The notes under the pieces are model-generated. The model saw only the letters and a program-made list of their open reading frames with translations. It was not told the origin of the DNA and did no database searches. DNA of 60,075 nt, counting the filler. It is 3 parts of 3 records of this genome, joined end to end, with 100 filler letters (N's around TTAATTAATTAA, not from the genome) between each part and the next. Parts side by side here need not be neighbours in the genome. Positions count along the whole stretch, not along the records: positions 1 to 28,270 come from DRR723986_3128; 2 more parts are not named here. One strand, 5' to 3'. Positions 1-9,741 of this stretch are shown here, in pieces (the first letter of the stretch is position 1; each line of letters opens with the position of its first letter). The translations under genes were made by a program, and so were the position numbers.

Positions 1-34
1 CGGCACACGGAGTGTGCCTACTACTTTGTGGATG

Positions 35-3000
35 CTACCTTTTGCCTTCTAAAATGGGTGGGAGGTCGAGGATGCGGGCGACGCCTTCTCCTAGAATCTG
101 CAATCGGGACTTGGATTGGTCCGAGCGGATGCCTTTGATCGCACCCACTTGTGGATCCCACTCTGCAACGACTCTCAAGCCTCGCGTGTCAATGCAAGTC
201 AATGACGACTCACTGTCGGTGCAGGCGATCGCAAAGCGTTCATCTGCAAAGACAATCAAGCCTCCAACTGAATTGGTCAACATTGGCTGCGATGCGACCA
301 GCGAACCGTCACGCAGGCTGCGAAGGCTGAGCGAGCCATCCTGGTGACCGCAAACGAGCTGATTCGATTCCTCAAGCAAGCCAATCACCGACACCGGAGA
401 TTCATCTGCAAAGTCAATTTGCAAAGTTGAGCGTCCTGTCTTGGCGTCCCATCGGCGAATTGTCCCGTCTACGGAAAGCGAATAGAGATTGGTATCAGAG
501 GAATCCCACACAAACTGTAGCACCCAGTTCACGTGCCCTACACACTGCACCTGAGAACTTCCCGACTGCATGTCCCACAGGTCGAATGTGCCTTCGCGAA
601 TGAACTCCTGGGACTTCCTCTCGGGCGCTCCCGCGATCAACCGACCACTATGGGAGATGGCCACCGAGCGAACTCCATAGCTCGTGGAAGCCGTCCAAAC
701 CTCTTCAAGCGTACCGATGTCAGCAACCCTGATGCTCCAGTCGTCACCGTAGGAGGCAACCCTTCGCGAACCTTCATGCGCATCAATCGAGAATATCTCC
801 ACACTGTCGAAGACACGCCTCGCTTGTGGAACTCCGGATCGCGTATTCCAGGTAATTAGTCGTCCATCCCGGTGCGCCGTCACCGATGTATTCGCCTTGG
901 CCAAGCATAGCCCGTCGTTCAAGCCATCGAGCTGCGTCGCATAATTTCGACGGCATTCGATGTCTTCCCAACTGATCAAGTTAATGCGTCCATTGAAGTG
1001 CTCAACTAGTAGCACTCCAGTTTTCGGCAACCAGTTCAAGCTCGCAACTGCTGGTGCGAATCGACGAATCGGTATACGGGATGGCGAGCCGTCACCGTCG
1101 CTACTAAACAGAACCACCTGCGACTTCCGATCAACGGCAAATGTGTGAATAGGGGAGTGAGCAAGAGTCTGGGTAGGCGCTTGCAGGATTTCATCCCCCT
1201 TACCATTTGGATGAAGAGTGGGCGGTACGCTGAGAGGGCCAGCGATGGCCAGGTCAATTGTGGTAGCGGGCTGGCTAGCGACCTGTTGACTGAGACTCGC
1301 TGGATCGAGAGGACTCTTACCAGGCAACTTCACGCCGGGAAACGTCGCGCCCTGGAACGACTCGGATGGCTTGGTTTCGGCAAGTTGCTTTGTGGTTGGG
1401 ATGGTCCAAGTCGTTTGACGACCGCTACGATCGACGCCAATCAGAGCGCCCGCGTGCCAGCGAACATCGTTGACTGCTGCGTCCGAATGGCTAAGCGTTG
1501 CGACAAGTTCAAACTTTGCCAAGTCAACGAGAAACACTGCACCTGTCAGGCTGGCGACGGCGGCCCATTTCGAATCAGGCGACACGCTAACCAGCGAAAC
1601 TCTAGCCGGCAGCCGAACGGATTGCTTGAGCTGCATCGTCTCCGCATCCAGGCTCAACAGGAAGTTCGCTCCCGTCGTAACCAGCCACTCACCTCGCTGG
1701 GCATTGAAGGTCGCATCACGTGTCCCGCCGCGACCATGCACAAGCCGCTTGCCGACTTCGCCAGATGCTAAATCGCATTCCTGGACCCAATCTGACGCAC
1801 CGATCAACACACGCTTTCCTCCATCGGAGAACGCAACGCTGCTGTAGATCGCTTCCGGAAGTTGGATTTGCTGCGTCTTGGCACGTGATTGCACGTCCCA
1901 GATCTCGAGCGATGATTCCGTCGTGATAATACCTACGGTAGAGCTTGCGTCATGCGCTGCCAATTGCCGGACGGCTCCGCTAGCTTCGGTGCGGAGTGAG
2001 GGCCAGTCCAATTGCGAACGCACGGAGTCAACGATGTGCCAAGCGTAGTCTCGGTCGGCGGCAGCAATGCGATCGAGTCCGATTCCCGATGCGTCACCAT
2101 CACCACTGAGTGCTTTTGCCCAGGAAGATTGCAACAACTCACGCTTCAGCATGAGGGCCATTTGCCGAGCGGACTCGTCGGCTCGCTTCCTCTGCGTGCG
2201 AACCTCAACAAGCGACTCAGCGAGAGCCTCGGCTTTTTCTTTGATCAAATTATTCGCCGTCCGCACCTCATCAAGATTCTCTTGCGATTGATAGTAGCCC
2301 CAAACCACGGCACCGAAGCTGATCACTGCAGCGCACAGTAGACAAGCCGTCGCGATCGCCGCAACTTGATGCCGCCGAATCCACTTCCTAGCGTTGTAAA
2401 GCAGGCTAGGTGGACGTGCCTGGATCTTTTCATTGCGAAGAAAACATTCGATATCAGCGGATAGCGCAGCCACGGAGTCGTATCGCTGCTCAAGCTCCTT
2501 TGCAAGTGCTTTCATCGTGATCCAATCGAGATCTCCACGAAGACCATTGGTCCAAGACCGCTTTTCTACGTCCGTTTGTTCACGCCACGACTTGGCAGCA
2601 TTATCGCCCGTCAACCGCAGACTCGGCGTCGGAGGACGAACATCACTCATCACTTTTGGCAGTTCAAAAATACCACGCTGTAGCAACTGATCGCGACTGA
2701 TCGGCGGGCTCCCAGTAAGTAGCACATACAGCAGTGCGCCGAGCGAATAGACGTCGCTTCGCACATCGGCAACGTCCTGAGACATGAGCGCCTGTTCAGG
2801 GCTCATGTATTCCAGTGTGCCCACGATCTGCCCATACTGAGTGAACATGGTCTTGTCGGTCAGCAACAGATGCATCGCTTTGGCAATTCCAAAGTCAATG
2901 ACCTTGGCAAGTGGTTTCCCAGAGTCGACGGTGACGAGAACATTGGCCGGTTTGATGTCTCGGTGAATGATCCCCTTGCGATGAGCGTGGTGGACCGCGT

Positions 3001-3667
3001 CGCAAACCTGAAGGAACAGACTTAACAACTCCTTCAGTTCGAGTCGGTTTTCTAGGCAGAATTGGTCAATCGGAATCCCGTGAACGAGCTCCATTACAAA
3101 GAAAGGACTGCCAGATTCACTGGTGCCGGCATCGATAACATTTGCAATCGATGGGTGCCGCATCATTGCCAGGGCTTGCCGTTCGGCCTCGAAACGAGCA
3201 AGGATCGTCTTTGATTCCATCCCTGGCTTGACCAACTTGACGGCGACCTTCCGCTGGATCGGCGTTCGCTGTTCAGCCATGAAGACCAAACCATGCCCTC
3301 CTTCGCCAATCTTCTGCAGAATGCGGTAGGGCCCAATCGAGTGCGGCATGCTCCCATCCGACGACACAACAATCGCCTGCGTCGTCTCACCAGCGGCGTT
3401 TGCAGCGTCGCCTAGATCCTGACTGCCGACGCCAGGTAGTTGGGCTACTGGGTGATCCAGCGGCGAATCTTCAGTGGCGTTGAAAAGCAAATTTTTCAGC
3501 ATCGGGAGTGAGCCTGCCGGGTCTTCCAGCGGCAGAATCTCCAGCTCTTCAGCCGCTTTGTGTGCCGAGGTAGTAAGCATGTTGATTAGTCGATCACGTT
3601 GCACGACATCAAGTTCACGAAGTCGTAGAAAGTGCTCTTGGATCCTGGCAAATTCCTCTGGGCTCAT
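35..3667 (-). CDS. Membrane Hanks-type Ser/Thr protein kinase with C-terminal WD40 beta-propellers
   Basis: GEGGHG Gly-loop, VAVK, HRDIKPAN, DFG and GTLEYMSPEQ motifs; TM helix (VAAIATACLLCAAVISFGAVVWG); WD40 repeats (GH...WD). Start set to ATG 3667 because it forms an ATGA overlap with the upstream stop; the ORF track gives GTG 3685. Confidence 0.93.
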   Translation of the reverse strand: MSPEEFARIQEHFLRLRELDVVQRDRLINMLTTSAHKAAEELEILPLEDPAGSLPMLKNLLFNATEDSPLDHPVAQLPGVGSQDLGDAANAAGETTQAIVVSSDGSMPHSIGPYRILQKIGEGGHGLVFMAEQRTPIQRKVAVKLVKPGMESKTILARFEAERQALAMMRHPSIANVIDAGTSESGSPFFVMELVHGIPIDQFCLENRLELKELLSLFLQVCDAVHHAHRKGIIHRDIKPANVLVTVDSGKPLAKVIDFGIAKAMHLLLTDKTMFTQYGQIVGTLEYMSPEQALMSQDVADVRSDVYSLGALLYVLLTGSPPISRDQLLQRGIFELPKVMSDVRPPTPSLRLTGDNAAKSWREQTDVEKRSWTNGLRGDLDWITMKALAKELEQRYDSVAALSADIECFLRNEKIQARPPSLLYNARKWIRRHQVAAIATACLLCAAVISFGAVVWGYYQSQENLDEVRTANNLIKEKAEALAESLVEVRTQRKRADESARQMALMLKRELLQSSWAKALSGDGDASGIGLDRIAAADRDYAWHIVDSVRSQLDWPSLRTEASGAVRQLAAHDASSTVGIITTESSLEIWDVQSRAKTQQIQLPEAIYSSVAFSDGGKRVLIGASDWVQECDLASGEVGKRLVHGRGGTRDATFNAQRGEWLVTTGANFLLSLDAETMQLKQSVRLPARVSLVSVSPDSKWAAVASLTGAVFLVDLAKFELVATLSHSDAAVNDVRWHAGALIGVDRSGRQTTWTIPTTKQLAETKPSESFQGATFPGVKLPGKSPLDPASLSQQVASQPATTIDLAIAGPLSVPPTLHPNGKGDEILQAPTQTLAHSPIHTFAVDRKSQVVLFSSDGDGSPSRIPIRRFAPAVASLNWLPKTGVLLVEHFNGRINLISWEDIECRRNYATQLDGLNDGLCLAKANTSVTAHRDGRLITWNTRSGVPQARRVFDSVEIFSIDAHEGSRRVASYGDDWSIRVADIGTLEEVWTASTSYGVRSVAISHSGRLIAGAPERKSQEFIREGTFDLWDMQSGSSQVQCVGHVNWVLQFVWDSSDTNLYSLSVDGTIRRWDAKTGRSTLQIDFADESPVSVIGLLEESNQLVCGHQDGSLSLRSLRDGSLVASQPMLTNSVGGLIVFADERFAIACTDSESSLTCIDTRGLRVVAEWDPQVGAIKGIRSDQSKSRLQILGEGVARILDLPPILEGKR

Positions 3668-5484
3668 CGCGGTGTCCCCGTCCACTCTGCCATCTTCTTC
3701 TTGATCACCTTGGAGTCGGGATGATCGATCCTGCCGTCACGCATGACCAGTATCGCCAAGTCCTTTAGGTTCATTTTGTAAGCTGCTTCTGCCAGAGCCA
3801 CATGATGCTCTCCGGACAGTTTTTTGTTCGATCTAAATTCTTGATACAGCTTCATCGCCGCGGCTTGCCCCTGGCTCTCGAAGACTTCAAAAACTTCTTC
3901 TACAGGATCGATCGACGTAACCGCAGTTTTTGTCATCGCCAAGTGCAATTCTGCTCCCGGTTTAATCTGATTGTTCATCACCAAGCTTGCGTCACTTGCC
4001 TTTGCGGCGGAGCTAAATGTGAGACACTTGAGCTTCGTGCCGCACCGCATAAAGCACTTCCCATCGATGGTCGATGGCGCGACCCAACACCGCGCGTCGG
4101 TCACTTCGTACTCGCGATCTACCGTAAGTTCGTTACTTGAACTGTCGAAGTGCATCACGCTGGTTTGCCCCTTCCCGCCAAGCACCAGTACATCGTTACC
4201 GCACCGCACAAGGTTCCCATTGCCGTAACCCCGCCAGCGTCCCAGTTGTTCGCCACTTCGAACATCAAAGGCAGTCATGTACTGTTCAGTACACCCAATT
4301 GCAATGGTCGGCCGGAGCATAGTCCAATTCGTATAGAAGAACTGTAGTCGCCGGTTAAACCACGTTTCGTTGATCGTCCACTTGCCAGCATCCAGACTGA
4401 TTTCTAGCCCCCGTGTCCCGCCGACGCCCTGGCCCGAGATTACCAGATGACGACTATCGACGACCAAAGGGCACGGTACATTGGTCAGGCCTGCCTCAGC
4501 CAACGTATGTCGCCATAGTTCTTTTCCGGTACGATCTTCAATTCCAATCATATGCTCTCGAGACATAACAACCCACTGGGCAGTCCCGCCGAAACCTGCG
4601 AAGACGGGCGTTGCATAACTAAAGCTTGCTACCGGGCAACGCCACTCGACTTCGCCACTGAGCGCATTGAACTTGTACAGTCCACCCTCAGGTCCCGCAG
4701 CCAGAACGACGAACGAGTCCATGGAATTCGGTGCCTTGGCAGGACTGGCCGAGAATCCAAACTGCACCGCGTCGGCATGGAGGTCCTCGCAGAGATTCAT
4801 AGCCCAAAGCTCGTTGCCGGTCCCGGTGTCCAAGCAAAAGAGATCCCCCGTGAAGGTCAGGCCGATTAGTCGATCTTGAATCAGCAGTGGTGTCGCCTGA
4901 GGTGTCGGACGATTGCCACCGAAGGTCTGTTGCTCTGGTAGCATCTCAGACTTGGCCTCGAACTTCCAAAGCTCCCGCCCGACGCCCGTATCGTATGCAG
5001 CAAAAGTAGTCGTGATAATTCGGGGCTGTTTTTTGTTCGGTGCTTGGCCAGCGTTCGCCGTGTCCACGGGCTTCTGATCGTAGCCCGACGCCACGTAAAT
5101 CCGCTTCTCGCTACCAACAACCTGCGACTGCCCCTCGCCGACCTCTTGCTCCCACAACTCGACGAACTGGTCGTCCGGTGCAATTTCGCCCGCCGCTATC
5201 CATCCGCGCGAGTGCCCGAACTGTTCCCAATCCGCCGGTTGCTCGGATGCGTCTACCTGCTCTAAGCCGGATGTCATTGCATCCGCGCTCGCTTGGTCTG
5301 GAATCCCGCTGGGCTGCGGAGCCGGATTGACGACCCACAGCATAAACAGCGTTAGACCAACAATCGCAACAGCCGCGACCACAAGACGCGGGATGGCAGT
5401 GTCGTTCCAATCGCGAGCCGACGGTCTGCGCGGCGTGATCGGAAGTGTGGTAGCAAGGTTCGCTGATCTGCGATGAGTTGTCAT
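3664..5484 (-). CDS. Membrane-anchored PQQ-like (BamB-type) beta-propeller protein with short TPR-like C-terminal tail
   Basis: N-terminal TM (LVVAAVAIVGLTLFMLWVV), DWEQFG start of the propeller, repeated D.xTG.ELW motifs; this family is strongly expanded in planctomycetes. Confidence 0.85.
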   Translation of the reverse strand: MTTHRRSANLATTLPITPRRPSARDWNDTAIPRLVVAAVAIVGLTLFMLWVVNPAPQPSGIPDQASADAMTSGLEQVDASEQPADWEQFGHSRGWIAAGEIAPDDQFVELWEQEVGEGQSQVVGSEKRIYVASGYDQKPVDTANAGQAPNKKQPRIITTTFAAYDTGVGRELWKFEAKSEMLPEQQTFGGNRPTPQATPLLIQDRLIGLTFTGDLFCLDTGTGNELWAMNLCEDLHADAVQFGFSASPAKAPNSMDSFVVLAAGPEGGLYKFNALSGEVEWRCPVASFSYATPVFAGFGGTAQWVVMSREHMIGIEDRTGKELWRHTLAEAGLTNVPCPLVVDSRHLVISGQGVGGTRGLEISLDAGKWTINETWFNRRLQFFYTNWTMLRPTIAIGCTEQYMTAFDVRSGEQLGRWRGYGNGNLVRCGNDVLVLGGKGQTSVMHFDSSSNELTVDREYEVTDARCWVAPSTIDGKCFMRCGTKLKCLTFSSAAKASDASLVMNNQIKPGAELHLAMTKTAVTSIDPVEEVFEVFESQGQAAAMKLYQEFRSNKKLSGEHHVALAEAAYKMNLKDLAILVMRDGRIDHPDSKVIKKKMAEWTGTPR

Positions 5485-5573
5485 AGGGCAAACTCCTGTA
5501 TTTGGGAGGCGGCTGTTGATCGAATGAGTGGTCGTAGAAAAAGAACGGATTGGAGGGTTTCACCACCCTATTT

Positions 5574-6125
5574 TCAGTTCTGGAGTCGGGTTTGTAACCA
5601 AGCCTTTGCCATGGCCCAATCACCAGAGACCGTCCTGCGCGAGAGTTTGAGGATCTCGGCGGATTCGGCTTCTGTGAGGCCTGCAAAGTAGCGGAGTTCG
5701 ATCAACTGGACTTGTCTCGGTGCAAGCTCTTGCAATTCGATCAGGGCTTCCTCAAGCTCTAGGAGGTCGAGGCGTTGTGGCGTGGCGGCCATTGCTTCCT
5801 GCAGTTCAATCGCCGCTTGCCCACTACCCCGTTTCGCCGCCTTCCGCGCTCGAGCCTGATCGACCAGAATGCGACGAATCACACTCGCACAAGCTCCGAA
5901 GAAATGCGAACGACTCTGCCAGGCCAGTTTTTCGTTGCCGACGAGCCGAATGTAAGCCTCGTGAACCAGTTCCGTTGGATCCGCCGCATCGCCAGACTCT
6001 CCTGCAGACTGGTTTGCAGCAATCTTTTTCATTTGCTGATAGACGATCGGAACCAACTCATCCACCGCAGCACGCTCACCACTGGCGATTCGGTTCAAGA
6101 TGGTTGTAATCTGCTGCGAAGTCAT
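5574..6125 (-). CDS. ECF sigma-70 factor of the kinase-associated TIGR02999-like type
   Basis: PTELVHEAYIRL, RSHFFG..ASVIRRILVDQAR..KAAKRG, ELRYFAGLT and TV..DW..AKAWL motifs. ATG 6125 is preferred over TTG 6155. Confidence 0.93.
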   Translation of the reverse strand: MTSQQITTILNRIASGERAAVDELVPIVYQQMKKIAANQSAGESGDAADPTELVHEAYIRLVGNEKLAWQSRSHFFGACASVIRRILVDQARARKAAKRGSGQAAIELQEAMAATPQRLDLLELEEALIELQELAPRQVQLIELRYFAGLTEAESAEILKLSRRTVSGDWAMAKAWLQTRLQN

Positions 6126-6518
6126 GAAAACGATCTGCCTCAAACGGCTCGGCAAAGGGTGTGGGAAAGCGGCAAAGCAGAGAAGCTAGCCCGCCCGCCA
6201 TTGGTCACAATCTTAGTCGCGTAAGCAAGCCCCGTTGTGTGCAACGATTTCTTGAAAAGAATACGAAACTGCCCAAGGTCAACTGTTCGTCGTGGTCAGA
6301 GGCTAGAGCGTTTCAGGCGTGGTTACAACGTTTTTTGCCGGTTTGAGCCTGCGATTCATTAGTGGAACACGCTATGCGCCCCAGCGACTCGCACTAGTCG
6401 GTGCGTTATCCTGTCAATAGTTTAAAGTCGTCGAGGTAATCGCCAGGCACCCCAAGCAAGTCGATAGCGGCTCCCGTCGTTTGGCGATTGAGCCGTCACC
6501 AGAAACTGAAAACCCGCG

Positions 6519-7244
6519 ATGAAGCAACGTCAACTTGTGCCAGAACTCATGGACAATCCGGAATTGGATCCTCATGAACATCAGGCTGCGCTCAAGGGGC
6601 TTCGGCGACTCAACGCCTGGACCGGCAATCCGCAGCTCGCTTGGAAACTGCTACAAAGCGCAACCGCCGACGTGCCGGCAGACCAACCGATTAGTGTTCT
6701 CGACGTTGCGACCGGTTCAGCAGACCTGCCAATTGCGCTTTACCGTCTAAGCAGCAGAGCAGGGCGAAGCTTGAACATTACAGCGAGCGATGTGAGCCCG
6801 GTTGCACTTCAGGAAGCTCGCGAGCAATCGAAGCGTCATGGTGCAAGCATCGAACTGGTTGAGCATGATGTCGTCCAGCAAGAAATCGCCGAGCACGAAA
6901 TCGCTGGACAGTTCGACTTTGTCATGTGTTCGCAATTCCTACATCATTTGACCGAGGCTGAGGTTGTCACGGTGCTGCGACGAATGCGGTCCGCCGCTCG
7001 CAGGCAAGTGGTTGTTATCGACCTCCTTCGTAGTTGGCCGAACTATTACCAAGTCTGGCTTGCAACACGCTTGCTCAGTCGCTCTAGAGTCGTTCACTTT
7101 GACGGGCCACAGTCGATCCGAGCTGCGTTTACGATCGAGGAGTTTGAAGGACTGGCTGTAGAAGCCGGCTTCAAAAACTACAACCTGTCGTACCGGTGGC
7201 CGTGCAGATTCGTTTTCTGCGGGAGCGGCGCAGGTGCTGAGTAA
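6519..7244 (+). CDS. Class I SAM-dependent methyltransferase (type III PKS-associated family)
   Basis: ELMDNP N-terminus, VLDVATGSADLP motif I, FDFVMCSQFLHH, DG..SIRAAFT. Confidence 0.9.
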   Translation: MKQRQLVPELMDNPELDPHEHQAALKGLRRLNAWTGNPQLAWKLLQSATADVPADQPISVLDVATGSADLPIALYRLSSRAGRSLNITASDVSPVALQEAREQSKRHGASIELVEHDVVQQEIAEHEIAGQFDFVMCSQFLHHLTEAEVVTVLRRMRSAARRQVVVIDLLRSWPNYYQVWLATRLLSRSRVVHFDGPQSIRAAFTIEEFEGLAVEAGFKNYNLSYRWPCRFVFCGSGAGAE

Positions 7245-8430
7245 AGTGGTACGTTCGACAATCGCGTTGGACGAAGTGAACGCGACGCAGTGGGACATCG
7301 TCGTCATCGGCGCGGGACTGGCCGGGGCGCTCGCTGCACGGCAAGCGGCCGCGGAGGGTTGCAAAGTTCTGCTGGTCGACCGAGCCGAGTTTCCGCGGTG
7401 GAAAGTCTGCGGATGCTGCTTGAACGGTGCTGCGATTGACGTGCTCGCGCGATCTGGACTCAGCAAACTGATCGATGACTGCGAGGCGATTCCGCTCAGT
7501 GGCTTGCAGATATCATCCGGCCGCCGGAGCGCTGTATTCGATCACAACCACGGTGTTGTCGTTTCCCGCGAGCGGCTGGATAGCGCCCTGATCCGTGCTG
7601 CGATTGACGCTGGTGCAGATTTTCTGGGCAGTGTGAATGCTCAGGCGGAGCCGATCGACCAACGGCTGATCACGGTTCAGCTCAAGGATAAGCGGACGCA
7701 GTCTTCTGTTAACGCTCCCATTGTGATCGCTGCAGCGGGGCTTGGCGGACGGGTCTTTTCGGATCGCAGTAACGAACATCGAGAAGTATCTAAGGCGTCG
7801 CGAGTCGGTACGGGCGCAGTGATTGAAGAGTGCCCGCCAGAAATAGAGACTGGTGTGATCTACATGAACTGCCACGCAAGCGGCTACGTCGGACTTGTGC
7901 GACTAGAAGATGGCCGCCTGGACATCGCAGCGGCGCTTGACGTTCAAGCGATGAAGCGCCGCGGCGGCCCAGCGAACCTAATTGCAGAAATCCTGCAGCG
8001 GTCTTCCTTGCCAGCCCCCTCGGGCATTCAATCGGTCTCTTGGCATGGAACGCCAATGCTGACGCAACGGCGCACGAACGTAGCTGAGAACGGCTGCCTG
8101 TTCGTCGGAGATGCGGCGGGCTATGTAGAGCCCTTCACCGGAGAAGGCATGGCCTGGGCGCTGGCCTGTGGAAACGCGGCCGCAACACTTGCCGTACGTG
8201 CCGTCGAGTCGGGAAGTATCGAAACGCTCGCCACTCAGTGGAGACAGCATCACCGGGAGATGATTGTTCGCCGTTCGCGGATCTGCAAGATGATCAGTCT
8301 TGGCCTGCGCTATCCGGTGATTCCACAGGTCTCAGTACCGTTGCTGTCGCTCTTCCCTTGGGTCGCAGGGCCGTTCATCCGATCCATGAACGCCCCTTTT
8401 CGGCTGGACGCTCTTCCTGAATCGGTATGA
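7234..8430 (+). CDS. FAD-dependent oxidoreductase (geranylgeranyl-reductase/monooxygenase-like)
   Basis: WDIVVIGAGLAG Rossmann motif, FPRWKVCGCCL, VGDAAGYVEPFTGEGMAWA; overlaps the methyltransferase stop by 11 nt. Confidence 0.9.
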   Translation: MLSKVVRSTIALDEVNATQWDIVVIGAGLAGALAARQAAAEGCKVLLVDRAEFPRWKVCGCCLNGAAIDVLARSGLSKLIDDCEAIPLSGLQISSGRRSAVFDHNHGVVVSRERLDSALIRAAIDAGADFLGSVNAQAEPIDQRLITVQLKDKRTQSSVNAPIVIAAAGLGGRVFSDRSNEHREVSKASRVGTGAVIEECPPEIETGVIYMNCHASGYVGLVRLEDGRLDIAAALDVQAMKRRGGPANLIAEILQRSSLPAPSGIQSVSWHGTPMLTQRRTNVAENGCLFVGDAAGYVEPFTGEGMAWALACGNAAATLAVRAVESGSIETLATQWRQHHREMIVRRSRICKMISLGLRYPVIPQVSVPLLSLFPWVAGPFIRSMNAPFRLDALPESV

Positions 8431-8432
8431 AG

Positions 8433-9509
8433 TTATTCAAACAATGCCATTTCAGCCATCAATCCCGGCCCGAAGCCAAGTGCTAGGTACGGCCCGGTGG
8501 ACTGCTGCTCAAGGAAACGCTTCAGCACAAACAGAATAGTCGGAGAAGACATATTGCCGTGCTCGGCCAAGATAGCTCGCGAGTTGTCCAGGTCATCCTT
8601 GCCAAGCCCCAGTGCTTCCTCGACGGCGTCCAGAATTTTTGGTCCACCGGGATGCACGACCCAAGATTGTATGGATTCCAGGCTGTGTCCCCGTTCGGCC
8701 AGCCACTGATTGAGCCAAGGCCGAAGGTGCTCGGATATCAACTGAGGAACTGCGCTGTCGAGTGACATGTCGAATCCAAAGTCACCGACTTCCCATGTGA
8801 TCGCCTCGCGAGAATTACCGACGAGGTAGGACGCAGTATCCGCCAGGGAACAAATCGGTTTACCGGAACCGTTTCCTTCCAGGATCAACGACGCGGCTCC
8901 GTCTGCGAATAGGGCATTGCCCATCATCCGTTTGGGATCCCATTGGAATTTGAAATGCAAACTACACAGTTCGACCGCGACGAGCAGAATTTTGGCCGTC
9001 GGATCCGCGGCGGCGAGTCCCTGTGCGGCTCGAAGTCCGTTGACAGCGCCGTGACACCCCATAAATCCAATGTTCAGTCGTTGTACGCTGGGGGCCAAAC
9101 CCAGCTCGTCGAACAGATGAATGTCGACTCCAGGCGCGTCGAATCCGGTGCAAGAAACTGTCACGAGATGGGTGATTTCTGTTGGATCGATATCGGCTTC
9201 CTCTAGCGCTTGCCGGGCAGCCTGAACGGCAAGTGGTCGGGAATGCTCAGCGTACAGCTCCATTCTTTCCCTGGTCGTTGGCCCAGGACTACTGCTTGGC
9301 GGCGCTTCGCGGTCGATCCACTCATACGCGATCGTGTATGGTACGCACGTCCGCCGCTGCTCTACCTTGGATTTGCGGTACATCGCCCGCAGCAGCCTCG
9401 CTTCGCGCTCATCTCGGCAGATCAGATCCGTCGACATTTCAAGCGCTTGCTGCTGTGTCATGGCATGACTTGGGAGCGCAGTACCAACACCAATGATCGA
9501 AGCAGCCAC
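8433..9509 (-). CDS. Type III polyketide synthase (chalcone/stilbene synthase family)
   Basis: Cys-His-Asn triad intact (GFMGCHG, VVHPGG, HGNMSS); VELCSLH, ALFADGAA and GFGPGL motifs; AAGGAA upstream of the GTG start. Confidence 0.96.
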   Translation of the reverse strand: MAASIIGVGTALPSHAMTQQQALEMSTDLICRDEREARLLRAMYRKSKVEQRRTCVPYTIAYEWIDREAPPSSSPGPTTRERMELYAEHSRPLAVQAARQALEEADIDPTEITHLVTVSCTGFDAPGVDIHLFDELGLAPSVQRLNIGFMGCHGAVNGLRAAQGLAAADPTAKILLVAVELCSLHFKFQWDPKRMMGNALFADGAASLILEGNGSGKPICSLADTASYLVGNSREAITWEVGDFGFDMSLDSAVPQLISEHLRPWLNQWLAERGHSLESIQSWVVHPGGPKILDAVEEALGLGKDDLDNSRAILAEHGNMSSPTILFVLKRFLEQQSTGPYLALGFGPGLMAEMALFE

Positions 9510-9741
9510 GTCAGTTCCTTAAGTGAGCGAATAAACCGGGCTTGCTTGTCGCACGTATCGCGGATCTGTGTCAAGCCACCTGTCACTATATGCAGCCAGC
9601 TACCCGCCAGAGTACTGCATACGCACCAAAATCTGCCGATCCTACAATCCGAGCAGCGACTGGCGTGACCACAGCGGTAGAGAAAGGCAAGCGTAATTTA
9701 GTCGCGAATCCGCGAAAGGCCATGTGCGGGGCGGGAATCGC

